Assembly (NCBI GenBank): GCA_025201805.1
Contig: MU619302.1
Coordinates: forward strand, 66,770-123,967
Direction of reading: 5' to 3'
Origin: Parasitella parasitica NRRL 2501
Taxonomy: Eukaryota; Fungi; Mucoromycota
Length of the DNA: 57,198 nucleotides
The notes beneath the pieces were generated by a model. That model had not been told where the DNA came from and ran no database searches. It worked only from the letters and a program-made list of their open reading frames with translations. This document shows positions 1-12,117 of the stretch, piece by piece (position 1 is the first letter of the stretch; each line of letters opens with the position of its first letter). The position numbers were made by a program, and so were the translations under genes.

Positions 1-227
1 CACCTCACTTAGGAAGATCAACTAGGCTAGGCAACGCAGACTAGAAGATTCCTTTGTCACTGAAGACGCAAAACAAGGAAATTTTTGATTTCGAAATTCT
101 GACGAAATAAATGAAAATTGGTGACGAATGAAAAGTTTCAGCGTGACCTCATGTCTCGGGGAAAAAACTCCCCTTTATGTCGTGAAAGAGATCGTTCATC
201 TTGAAAGTGCTGTAATCAACAAAAGAA

Positions 228-2093
228 ATGCGCTACCCTGGTGAAGATGGTAATTTGTTATTCCATTCGATTAAGAGTGCGAACAAGACTCGAACGCGCT
301 TTGACTCACGCTTTTCTTTTTCTTTAGAACTACTTGAATTTGTGCTCAGGCTTAATAAGCGTGACATTGCAATCTGGTGTAGCCAAAACGAAAATCTTTG
401 CCCCTCAGACCAGTACAACGCTTGGAAAAAGCGGTTTACACTCAAGCTGCTTGATCACGGAAAGATTCACTTGATATGCGACAGGTAAGAACTAAAAACC
501 AATAAGCTAGTTCGCCAAACTTATAGAAGGCTCTCTAGTAAATTAAAGTACGAAAAAACAGTATGGGAAGACATTGCCAAATTGGCGGACTCGATAGTAA
601 GTGCATTGAATGAGGTTATGTTTACAGTATAGCAACAGTGACGTTCCTAATTATTATTATAGAGAGAAACAAAGCAAACTTTCGTAAATGAAGGCGTCAA
701 GACATTAGCGAAGGCGGCAAGTACAGCTTCAAAATGGGTCCAAGAAGCGTTTGAACTCGACGCAAATACCCCAAGTAATGAACAACGAAAAGAAGAGGGC
801 GATCAAGAGCAGGGAGATAAGCAAGAAAACGGAGATGAAGAAAAGGAGTTACAGGAACGCGATGAAGTAGAAGAAGTATGCGAAGAAACAACAGAAATGA
901 ACAACGAACAGCGGCTACACGTTTTAGCTTACAAGAAATTTGCGGGCGACAAGATAACGGACAGGGACGAACACATATGCCACTCGAGTTTTGGAGATAT
1001 GATGCCTGCCAAACAGGGTTTATTGAAAGCAGTTACTTCTCTTTTGAAAAAGCCTCTATTAAACGAATTCGAAGTGTGCGCTATAGAACTCTCACTGTCA
1101 AGCATCTTTAACAAAATTAACCCAGCAATTGAAGAAATTTTATACGAACAATTAAGCAATCAAGAAGGACCAACCTCAACCCCCCTCGAACTAAAGGGCA
1201 TCAGCGAAGTCACCCTTGGCTTAATGGAAGAAGTTATTGCAATCAAAGACGTTGACGAGATGCTGTCATTTATATATGAAAAAAAGAGTCAAATGGCCAA
1301 GCAAAAGAAGAGGTTATCGGAGGAGTTCATAATGCTCAATATCTTGGAAAGAGTTGTGGAGAACTTTAACCTTTGGGGCTCAAGCACAAACGATTCAGAA
1401 TTGACTTTCTATCGACGTTTTGCCGAGCTGTTGGATATTTTGTTCAATGGTACTGACGTGAAAATAGCCGATGGAGAAACAGGATCAAAGAGCAGCAAAA
1501 CCGCAATCGAGATCAACAAGGCTTTGTTCCACACCTCAGACACATCGTCAACTTACCCAAGGAAAATCGATCTACTTCTAAAGCTCAATGAATCTACCAC
1601 TGTTGAATTGTCGTCCAGTGAATGGAAGAAATCGTCTGTCAGCGAAGCCGTCATTTTCAAACAACAAACAAAGAACTTGAAAACTAACACATGCATTTTA
1701 TCCACACTACGTTCATTATACGGCAGCCAGTTTAAAGACGTCTTGGCAATGGATTGGATTGGGAATGTCGGGTACTTGTACAGGATAGAAAAAAGCGATC
1801 AAGTATTTGTAGCAAGTCAAATAGACAGTTTGATTATACCAGAAAATGTCGAAACGTTTGGTTTATTTAAAAACACCTTACAGAATCTATTCAAGCTGAA
1901 GTATTTCATGATAGACACAAGCGCTCTACTCAAGCAAGAATTGTGCAAGATCGAGATAAAGAAGAAGCTTAAGAATATTGCCAGAAATACCATATATATC
2001 AATAACAATAACGAATTCCCTTATGTGTTTATATCCCCTGCAAAAAAAAGAAAAGGCAGTAATGCTAGCGAACAAGACGATGAGAGCGAATAA
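228..2093 (+). CDS. Spliced PD-(D/E)XK restriction-endonuclease-fold protein (Crinkler/CR-REase-like), about 591 aa
   Basis: Exons 228-484, 527-614 and 663-2093 joined by GT-AG introns give one open frame merging ORFs 228..488 and 897..2093. The C-terminal half has SELTFYRRFAELLDILF...GE...RKIDLLL...ELSSSEWKK, i.e. D...ExK catalytic spacing. Confidence 0.7.
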
Positions 2094-3007
2094 GATGATG
2101 CTGACTTATTGGAGTGAAAAGATATATATATATGTTTAACGGGAAGAAATGTTGACTTTGTTGGTAAAAAGAATCTCGCATGGTCTACGAAAACAACAAT
2201 AAATACCCGTCCTTTGAATGTTACGTGTCTGTTTGATGAATGATGTTGTTCTAATTAAATAAATCATTAAAAGTGGGCTACTCAAAGCTCAGGTTGGATA
2301 ATAACACCTGCCTCTGCTGAGCTTTCATTTAGGGAGTGGGGAAAAACGTCAGCTGTATTTAAAAAGGCAATTGCTATCTATATGAGTTTTCTCTCAAATG
2401 CAGTACAATTGTTTATCACCAACCTTTGGCGCTTTGTTATTGTCCCTTGTAGTGTGTCAGGAAAATATGTCAAATATTACCAGTCTATAGAAGCAACTGC
2501 CAAGTAGAGTTGGCAAATTGTGTCAGACGCCGGCAAAAAAAACATTCAATCCTGTACATCATCAAGACTGAATTTTACGCTCTACTATTGTATACAGGTC
2601 GCGGCCGTATCTTAACTTTGACAGATGACTCTGTATACTCTGATTTTGCCGGTTTCCCCTTTGATATTATGGAGTATTATAATAATGAATGTACTGATAA
2701 TGGCGATTTGTTATTATACATGTCTGATTTACAGGTAACAGTAATTCTTCTTTTCATACATTCTTTCATTCTCCAATATTATAGTCCTGTATTTTCTGTT
2801 TAAAATAAAATCTTTCTTTTTCTAATCATCAAACAAACGAAGTATGAATAAATTGGGAAGGGCGGAATCTCAACCGTCAAACAAACTAGGTTTGTATAAG
2901 GTATCTGGAGCATAGCACTTGTTATGATACTGAATGGATGATTAATCAAGTAGTTCGTTAGATACACAATTTTTTCTAATTTTTTTATAGAGGAATGAAA
3001 AAGTACA

Positions 3008-4549
3008 CAGTGGTTCCACTACCAATTTGAGGATTTTATAAAAAAAACAGACTTTTAAAATTTGTTTATTGCAGTATACTTAGATTGGGATGTGGTTTAA
3101 ACAGTTTACAAAATGGTCTTTTGAGTGCTGAATTATATTTTGGAGATGCTGGATAGGGACTTCATTTGCAGCATCAATAACTCTGTCTGGGAGTGTTTCT
3201 GCATCTTCAAGCTTGTGGCGCTTCATTTTGCCTTTTACCAATGCCCAGAACTGTTCAATTGGATTGAGCTCTGGTAAATAAGGAGGAAGATAAACGTACT
3301 TATAGTCCCGACCTCTTTCATAGATAATTTCTTCTATTTGTTTAGACGAATGGATCGGTGCATTGTCCATAATCAGATAAAAACCTTTCATTTGATCATG
3401 CTTGTCCATAATATCCAAGGTCTCCCTTAAGAATCTTAAATAATGACCGGCAGTTGTGTCTTTTGGCCCTTCTTCTCTAGAAGCTGCTTCAGGGCTTTTT
3501 CTCTTTTTGCCACCCTGGATCTTCCTTACCTTTGGCTGTTGCTTTGGTACACGAAGACTCAGGTTTACCACACCTACAGATGATATGGCGCCAATAATGG
3601 TATGTTTAGGTGCTTTTGTCGTAGGGGTGGTGACCACTGCCATTTGCCCTCTGGGAGCCCATGCTCAACTCGCTTTCATGTTGATATGGAAGCCAGCTTC
3701 ATCGATAAAAACGCAGTTTTTAGAAAAATCCAAATATGAATTACTCCATGCGACGACCCAATCGTAACGTTTTTGGATGGTATCTGAGCTTGTTCTTGCC
3801 TCGGATCAAAAAGTAGCTTTCTTAAAAGAGAGGTTACAATCGTCTCTCATAAACTCATGTACTCTTGATTTCTTGATCTCAAGACCAGCAAACTTGCTGG
3901 TAAGCATCTCAACAGCGTCTTGAATATAGGCACCTGGGTCATCATCGTAAAACTTAATTAAACATTGCTTATGCTCTTCCTGTAGCTATGATTTCGGCCT
4001 GTTTTGAATATTGGTTTTCATTTCAAGAGTAAAAGAGTCTGGATGCTTTTCCACCAGGCGCGAGCAGTACTTTCTTTGACGCCTGCTTAAAGAGCCGCAG
4101 CTCTAACCGAAAATAGGCACTGGACTTTGTACTGGTTTTGTGCCAGAACCATATGTCATATACTTAGTTAAGCGTTCTGCACTTATTTTCATAGCTGTTC
4201 CTATTTCTTCTTCGCTTTGTCCAATGTGTTTATCGTTGGTGGGAAACTTAGCGCTTTCTTTTAGGTAAGAATCAAGATTAACTAATTGCTTTAAAGCGTA
4301 AGGATCAGGCTTCTCATCAACAATGTCGATTGCTTCAGCTCCATTCTCGTCGTAAATATTTCCTTTGCCGTCTTCCTTTAAAAATACTAGCGATTTCATT
4401 TTTTTAGAAGGTGAAAAAATATCTGTGAAATTATATCTTACAAAGCCGTGAATTGAACTTCGAACAATCACTGCAAATTTTTTTGTTAAACCCCCAATTT
4501 TTATTTTAAAAGTTCGTATAAAATCCTCAAATTGGCAGTGGAACCACTG
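3008..4549 (-). mobile_element. Tc1/mariner (IS630-like) DNA transposon, decayed
   Basis: 33-bp TIRs CAGTGGTTCCACT(A/G)CCAATTTGAGGATTTTATA at 3008-3040 and 4517-4549 (1 mismatch). TA flank on the right, CA on the left. Internal DDE transposase. Confidence 0.93.
3080..4399 (-). pseudogene. DD36E transposase pseudogene
   Basis: Motifs CVFIDEAGF, LIMDNAPIH and LPPYLPELNPIEQFW. In-frame TGA at 3665-3667 and a broken frame upstream. Confidence 0.9.
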
Positions 4550-4759
4550 TATGTGCTAATACGAGAATATTAGTATAAAGGGGGTCACTATATCATAACG
4601 AAAATGCACAAACTTTGACAATGAATTACTTCAAAATTCAAAGCTACAAGGTATGATCTGGAGAAGAGATTTCCTCTCTGATTGATGATTAATTAATGGT
4701 TTATGTAATTGTAAATTTGAGGGGAGGGTAATAAGGATAAACAAGTAGATTTTTTTTTT

Positions 4760-6102
4760 TCACTCTGATGCAGGCTCGGTTTTTTGAGGTTGAGTAGACT
4801 CCTTGATGGCCATCAATTGCTTTGCGCGGAAAGTTTCATAATGGATCATGGCAGTGGTTTCAATCAAATCTTGCAAATGGGTACGAGTCAAAAAGTTGCG
4901 AAGGTGGATAAACTCAGAGTGCTCGGGGTCCTCAACATTGATAGCTCCCCAACGAGTTTTTCTTCCACGAACAGCCTTGCCGTCAATGACTACATTGCGT
5001 TCGGATCCCACAACAGCAAAAGGGATCAACTCCCAAATGCTCTCGTTCAGTGATTTCTCTTGCTCCTCATCTTCCTCACTTTCGTAAGGATATAATCGGA
5101 TGTTGTGGAATGAAAGTTCTGCCTTGATCTACATGAAATAGTGAGAATACTGTTACCAAGCTCTGCTGGCGGACACCTACTCTTTGCTTAAAGGCATCAC
5201 GTTCCTCAGATGTAAGTGAATCAGACTTTGCAATGACAGGGACAACATTAACAACTTCAGAGAGCTTCTTGAGTACGACAATATCGATTGGTTTAAGACT
5301 AATTCTTCTGTTAATGCACAGATTCTCTCCCTCTTTTTCGTGAATCAATTCAAATCCAGACTTACGAGTGACCAGAAGGAGTGATAAAGAAAAGACAACA
5401 ATGAACGCGAGTGTCGACTATATAACGCTCACGTCTAGCTGTCAATTCCTTGCGAAGATAGGCAGAATGCTGATCCTTGATGTATTTGATAATGGGCTCC
5501 CAGCTAATAATTTTCTTTTAGCGAAAAGCGCATCCGTTTAATATGTGCATGTGCAAACTGTACCAGTTGTCGTTGTTTACTTGATCACCATAGCCAGGTG
5601 TATCGACAATATTGAGTCTTAACCGAACTCCATTTTCCTCGATAGCTACACAAGTGTAAAAATCAGTGGGAATCAGCAGCAGCAGCCAACGCAATACATA
5701 CTGTGGGATACAGCCTCAATCTCGGTGGTTTGGCGAGAGGATTCAGATGCCTCCAGTCTGCCCTTACTCTCAATCAAATGCGATGCAAAAATGGTATTTA
5801 CGAGTGTAGATTTACCAAGACCAGATTGACCTATTACTGCGTTAACTTACCATCTCATCGCTGCAAACAATTCCTACTCACCAACTACCATCACATTGAA
5901 TTGGAATCCTTTCTTTAACAGCTTTTTTTCGATTTGCTGAGTAATAGTATCGAAACCTACATAGCTGTTTAAAATAGTCTATGTCGAAGCAGTTGGTATT
6001 TTGGAAAAAAAAAAAAGTTGTGTACATATCCTTAGTATTTACCTGGGGAACTACATGGGGAAGCTGTTCTGAAGAAGGCGATGAAACTGCAGAGACTGAC
6101 AT
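4760..6102 (-). CDS. CDC10: Septin, Cdc10/AspD class (7 exons)
   Basis: Spliced product has [37 protein letters not shown] (P-loop), DTPGYGD, AKSD, IPFAVVGS and HYETFR. No C-terminal coiled coil. All introns GT-AG. Confidence 0.92.
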
Positions 6103-8138
6103 TAGTATTTTCGTATAAAGAAAGGTGGGGAAAACGTAAAAGAGAACGAAAAGGGACCAAGTTCATCGGGGCCTTCTTGAGGTACCAAAACCGAATAAGG
6201 GGTAACACAAATAAGAATCCACACGTGTATATCTTTTAAATCCATGTATGAGACACCTGTGTAAATTCCTATTAAAGGACTCAAAGTTGTATATTCTGAT
6301 CCTTACGGTTGCTGTGAAAAAAAAAAAGAGGAAACTTCAATGTGAATGACTTTCGTTTGAACTCGATGACAGCTATGTCAATAAACACATTCGTAAGCTA
6401 CGCGCTAAACATTACACTTGCTTTTCAGCTACTGCCTTGTATCAGCATACGAAGTGTCTTGATTTCCACACACACATTCAGCAAAACAAAGAATTTCGAT
6501 ATAGATGGCACTTTCTACATATCATCGGTATCCCAATCTACATCAGGCTAACTTTTGTGTTTCTCTGTGTGCTCAAGCAGAAATGCATCCAGACTATTCT
6601 TGGTCGAATTTCGATTTAGGCTGTGCACTATTTGAGAGGTCAGAATAATGGAACTTCAATAAGTGTATCTTTTTTCCATATCGTTTATTAGATACAAACC
6701 AGAGTTAACATGTATGAATAAGCTCTTAACTATGTAATTCACTGATACTTCAAATAGAGAATAGGTCATAATATATGCAATATGCAAATGCAGGAGAAAA
6801 AAAAACCCACTTGGAAACATGTATACTACATCTCTTCACTCAAAATACATTTTTTCAAGGAAATATAATTTTTAAGCAATTTAGAAGAAATGTGCATTAT
6901 ATTTGCAGAGATTTTGTCTCAAATTTGCTATTTATTAACAACACTAAAAACTATCACTTGTGATGAAATGACATGATGTATGCACAAAAAAAATTTATAC
7001 TCTAGATTTTAAAAAAGGAATCGCATTGATCATTTGAAGTCTCTTATGTTCAAAAAAGCTAGAAATGCTATTCATAATGTTATAGTATTCATTGATATTC
7101 TTTATGCAATAAACAGACTTCAATTTTTGGATCAGTTTTCAGGGGTAAAATGCAAAACTTTTGCATGACGATGATGAATTTAGGGCCTTTTATGCAAAAG
7201 GTTTTTGTTTTATTTTAGACAAAACGAGATGATCATATAATTTATTATATACAAATATATGCAAATAATCAAGCATATTTTATTGAATCAAGGCCATTCA
7301 GATGATGGCAAGATTTTTTTTTCTTGACTGGAGGGGCCTTAGCTTGCCAACACATTTTTTTTCTTGAAAAAAAATCTGTGCTACAAGATTTACGATGTTT
7401 ATATGCAAATTTTAAGGATGTATGTATACATAGTCGGTATGACATGAAAGAAGAAATATCCTGAAAAAGAAAAGAAATTAACGACATTAGGAACTTTTCA
7501 AAATGTTGAAGTGCTGTTAATCAATATGAGATTTTGACCATTTGGAAGTATCTAAATCACACCATACAATTGCTCTAAGGACAAATTAGTATACTGATAC
7601 ACTAAGAGGTATCTGATATTTAATATAGTAATATAAAGAAGGTACCAATAAGTGTTCATTTGCTTGGTTTACCTAGTTTACATTGTGTGTTTTCTATAAA
7701 TCCCTACTTTTCTTGTAAAAAAAAAAAAAAAAGAAAAAAAGAACTAGTAGTCAATGTAGAACTTATCTGGTTATTACACAAGATCATCAATCAGAATTGT
7801 AGAAATCTGTTCTTGTATCCACTTTACGGAAAGAATCCGTCATATATTTATGGTGAAAAAGAAAAAAATTATGTCTACAACATTGAATGACATGATTTCA
7901 AACAACTGCCAAGTCTAATTTTATTGTTTTTAGCAAAGTCTTTGTAAAAGTCTTTGTTTAAGTAGCTAATACCTAAATTTGAAGCAAAAATTGCGTTTTA
8001 CATCATAAAACTAAATGATGAGGCACTTTCTTTGGTAACTTACCTAGAAACATTATCATATTCATAGAGTCAGTGCAAACTGATGTATAGTGAGAACGGT
8101 AAATGTTGTCACTTTGAAGTAATTAGATAAATTAACGC

Positions 8139-11100
8139 CACTAGCTCAAAAATGAATGTCCCTGTATGTCCAGAAATTTTGTCCTTTGGAAATACAGTAA
8201 AGGCAACGCCAAAGGGCAACGCCAAAGGGCAACGCCAAAGGGCGGCTGAAAAAAAAAAATCTTAAAGAGTGTTTTTTTACAACCCAATGTGTGGCAAAAT
8301 ACACTAGGCACAATGCCAATGAGCGACTGCCTGTCGTGCCCTCCAGTGTAGTAAATGCTCTCTGCGCCACGCTTTATTTTTAATGTAAATATGAAGCCGC
8401 GCTTCGTGGAGTCAAGTAACAAATAATATCAATACTGAACCTGAAATTAATAACAGTAATAATTATGTAGATCAACAAGCTATCTACACCAGAGAGGACA
8501 TGGCCAACATTCTCAGGGAATTCGAGAGAAGAGAGAAGAGCAGCGAGAAAATTCATATCGCTGGCAACCTTTACCAGAGGCCATCAGAGAAAATTTAGAC
8601 TCATCATCAGCCGTTTATTTTAAAGAAGATCTTGGACGGTACAAGCGATAGATCCCGAAATACAATCATAAAGACTGGACAAGAAATGAACAAATCAACA
8701 AGGAATTTGTTCCAGAACTTGAAAGATGGAGAGTAAATACGTTCCAAGTTGTTAACACTATCTACAAACAGGCCGAACGAAAGCGATTGCAAGCAGCAGC
8801 AAAAACATTTAACAGCAAACAACAATTATGCGGTTCCAGAAGACGAGATACTACCAGGCAGAAGACTCACAAGCTTCTACAACGACTGGACGAAAATAAC
8901 GTCGCATCCTTGGCCATTAAAAATAGTCAAGGAGGGATACCAAATCCAATTCCAAACAGACTTGGTGCCATGGAGATCGTATACCCATCCTACCAACAAG
9001 GAGGAGCAATGGGAGACGGATTTGGCGGTGCAAAAGTTCCTGGACGCCGGGATTATCGAGAAGAGCCCAAATCCAATCAATTTTTGTCAAAGTTTTTTTA
9101 CCATCCAGGAACCGACTCATTCTGGACTTCAGAAAGTTGAACCAGTTCATTCAAGTTCAGCATTTCAAGATGGAGGGCGTGCCAGCATTGCGGGAGATTC
9201 TAGAGAAACGTCAAATTAGACCTAAAAGACGCATACACCGTCGTATTCATCCACTCAAGCTCAAGGCCATGTTTGGCATTCGAAAATCAAGGTACAACAT
9301 ACCAATGCAAGGCCCTGAGCTTCGGTTTAAAATATAGCGCCGAGAATCTTCACAAAACTACTGAAATACGCACTGGAACCGTTGCGCCGCCAAGGTATCC
9401 GTTTGGTCTATCTTTTGGACAATGTCTGCATAATGGATCAAGACGTCACAAGACTACAGCGAACGATGCACAGGGTAATTTCGCATTTGGCGACTCTGGG
9501 GTTTCTTATAAACAAGAACAAGAGTGTACTCACTCCTCTGCAGACATTGGACTACCTAGGGTTCCACTTCAACGCCTAAAAAATGAATATCAAAGTGCCG
9601 GACAGCAAGATAAAGAATCTCAAGTTGAGACTAAAGCTGACGCAAAAACCGGTACCAAGATCATGCCGTCGGATGGCAAGCGTGATGGGGAAGATGATAG
9701 CCATGATTTCAGCAGTAGGCGAAGCCTTACTACATATACGCTGCCTCTAGATAAATCTGGCCAAATCACTGGTACAGAGTCGAAACAATTGGGAAGCCCC
9801 GTTTTGTTGGTCATCCCAGGCACGGGAAGAAATCCTTTGGTGGTTACAATCCATAACTCACAAGAACGGGTTACCGATCAGGAAGCTACGGTTGTCGACG
9901 CCAGCGATAATAATACACACCGGCAGTTCGGACACGGGTTGGGGTGTGGCATCCCCCTGGATCAAGACGTACGGGTTTTGGACTCAAGAAGAAAAGAAAT
10001 TCTCTATCATCGTAAGAGAACTGAAGGCCATTTATTTTGCGCTGCAGCTCCATGGCCAAAAATTCCAAAACAAGACCCTGCAGATATTCACGGACAACCG
10101 GACATCCATCAAATACACGACCAAGGCAGGCGGTACTGCCTCACCAATTCTCCAGGAAACTGCAGTGAAGATTCAGGAGATATGCAACTAATTCAACCTG
10201 ACGGTCATATACCAACACATCCAGGGAGTGAAGAATGTGGAAGCGGACCAGTTATCCAGGAAGGCCATTCCGTTGTACGAACAACATCTCCCGCAGTGGA
10301 TCTTCAAGGACCTACAGCAGTATTGGGGACCGATCAAGCTAGATGTATTCGCCACACGCGAGAACAGAAAAGTCAAGAGGCACTACAGTTAACTACCGGA
10401 TCCGGAAGCAATGGACGTAGATGCTCTATAGCAAAAGTGGCCGAAAGAGGGCGTCTATTGTTACCCACCATGGAAACTAATTCCTCGGGCCTTACAGCTG
10501 ATAAAAGCACAGCGACTGAAGAAGGCAGTGCTAGTGACCCCATATGGCCAACTCAGTTTTGGTATCTAATAATTTTGCAAATGAGAAGGTTAGCACCTCC
10601 AATACATTATCACCACAAGTCTCTGAATTTGGTCGCTTGGATGTTATTCGAAAGGCACGAGGGAATCAAGGCCTAAACCCTGACGAAACTGCTTATGTAG
10701 ACGAGTGTATTCGAGAGAGTACAGCCAAGGCTTATGATAATACTTGGAAGTGGATTGTTGCGAATATGATGTAAATCAACTGCTTCGATTTTTCATTCAA
10801 CAAAAGGACTATAGCAACCAACATTTGAACGCGATACGTTCTTCGATTGCTTCCGTATTCAAGTATGTGCATCCCCACAAACCGGTAATAGCTTCCAACG
10901 TACGAATCCAAGATTTTTTACGCCACAGCAATTAAATTTGATAATGAATTGGATACCAGTAATACTACCGATGATAATAAAACATCAGTACTACTACCAA
11001 TGCCAATAGCAACGACACTATTACCAGCAATCCCAGCGATACAGCAAATATTTCTGATGATGGATTGGGTGCCGATACTACTACCGATGTTAATACCAAC

Positions 11101-11410
11101 TACAATACTACTACCAATGCTAGTCCCACTAATGATGACTTGGATATTAATAATGAGAACGCAAACCTCAAATCAACAAGAACGCTAAAAAGAAAAGTAC
11201 AGGAAATGGAAGGAATATCAGAGGAAACTTTTGTAATCATACTAGCCTCTACCACACCTAAAGATTTGCATCTGGTAATTTCTAATAAAAATTAAAACAC
11301 TAAGATTTTTTTTCACCCGCCCTTTGGCGTTGCCCTTTGGCGTTGCCTTTACTGTATTTCTAAAGAAAAAAATTTCTGGACATACAGGGACATTCATTTT
11401 CGAGCTAGTG
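8139..11410. mobile_element. Non-autonomous long-TIR DNA element with CACTA...TAGTG termini (CACTA/EnSpm-like)
   Basis: About 110-125-bp inverted repeats (8139-~8263 and ~11301-11410) beginning CACTAGCTC, with tandem 13-bp subterminal repeats GGCAACGCCAAAG (3 left, 2 right). No clean TSD, so the superfamily is tentative. Confidence 0.75.
8470..10935 (+). mobile_element. Truncated, decayed DIRS1-like tyrosine-recombinase retrotransposon (RT, RNase H, Dam-like MTase, N-terminus of YR)
   Basis: WPLKIVKEGYQIQF; LDLKDAY...LSFGL; RLVYLLDN (decayed YLDD); DTGWG, FTDN and HIQGVKNVEADQLSR (RNase H); DVFA...YPPW...WPTQFWY (MTase); ESTAKAY...RSSIASVF (YR N-terminal domain). Several stops and frameshifts. 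Left boundary approximate. Confidence 0.88.
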
Positions 11411-12117
11411 CCATTAATTTTTGGTCAACATCTAATTTTCTCAAAGTGCCAAAATTTACCGTTCTCATTGTAATGATTGCATTTGTTTACAAGTGCTACA
11501 GGTACGAGCATACGTACACACAAGCTGTGAACAATTGGATACCTCAGTTTAGGTTCAGTTGTGAAAAGTCGCATATGCTTGGTCTAGATACCATGCAAGG
11601 CAATGTTTTTATGGAAATAGTTAATGAAATATATGCATACAGCATGGACCATGTACTTGGACAGTTAACCCACGTATAACAAGACGATCTCATCGTATCA
11701 GCAATCGGATTTACATAAACTTCGGCATACTTTTTTTCCAGTATGGTACATAATTTGTGAAAAAAAAAAAAAAATACCACCAAAAGGATTATTAATTTTT
11801 TTTGGCTTTCCTTTTTTTTAAAAAAAAAAGCTGCAGAGAATTCACACACGATAACATAATAATGACTTACCTAAAAACCAACAGCATTGTGCACACATGC
11901 AGTTAATGTAGAGTTTGTAGCACAAGTAATGCACTGTAAACACGCATTCTACACGCAGCTGTAGCCTCCTGCTGATGGTTTTATACATTTAGAGTAAATC
12001 TCATGCAAAGTATATAGAGGATAATTCTTCCACGGCATTGTTATTACCTCGTTGTGGTTATACAAGACTAAACTGACAGCGGTTTTTAGATGATGCAACA
12101 CTGTGTAAGCTGAGATA

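Noticed and set aside
6740-7500. AT-rich stretch with fragmentary coding-like reads
   Set aside because: No recognisable motif, continuous frame or termini. It may be an old pseudogene but I cannot support a call.
8202-8243. 13-bp tandem repeats as a CRISPR-like array
   Set aside because: No spacers; mirrored at the other end as TE subterminal repeats; eukaryotic context.
9273-10676. 467-aa ORF as a stand-alone host gene
   Set aside because: It is a frameshift chimera of DIRS RT, overlapping-YR and MTase frames.
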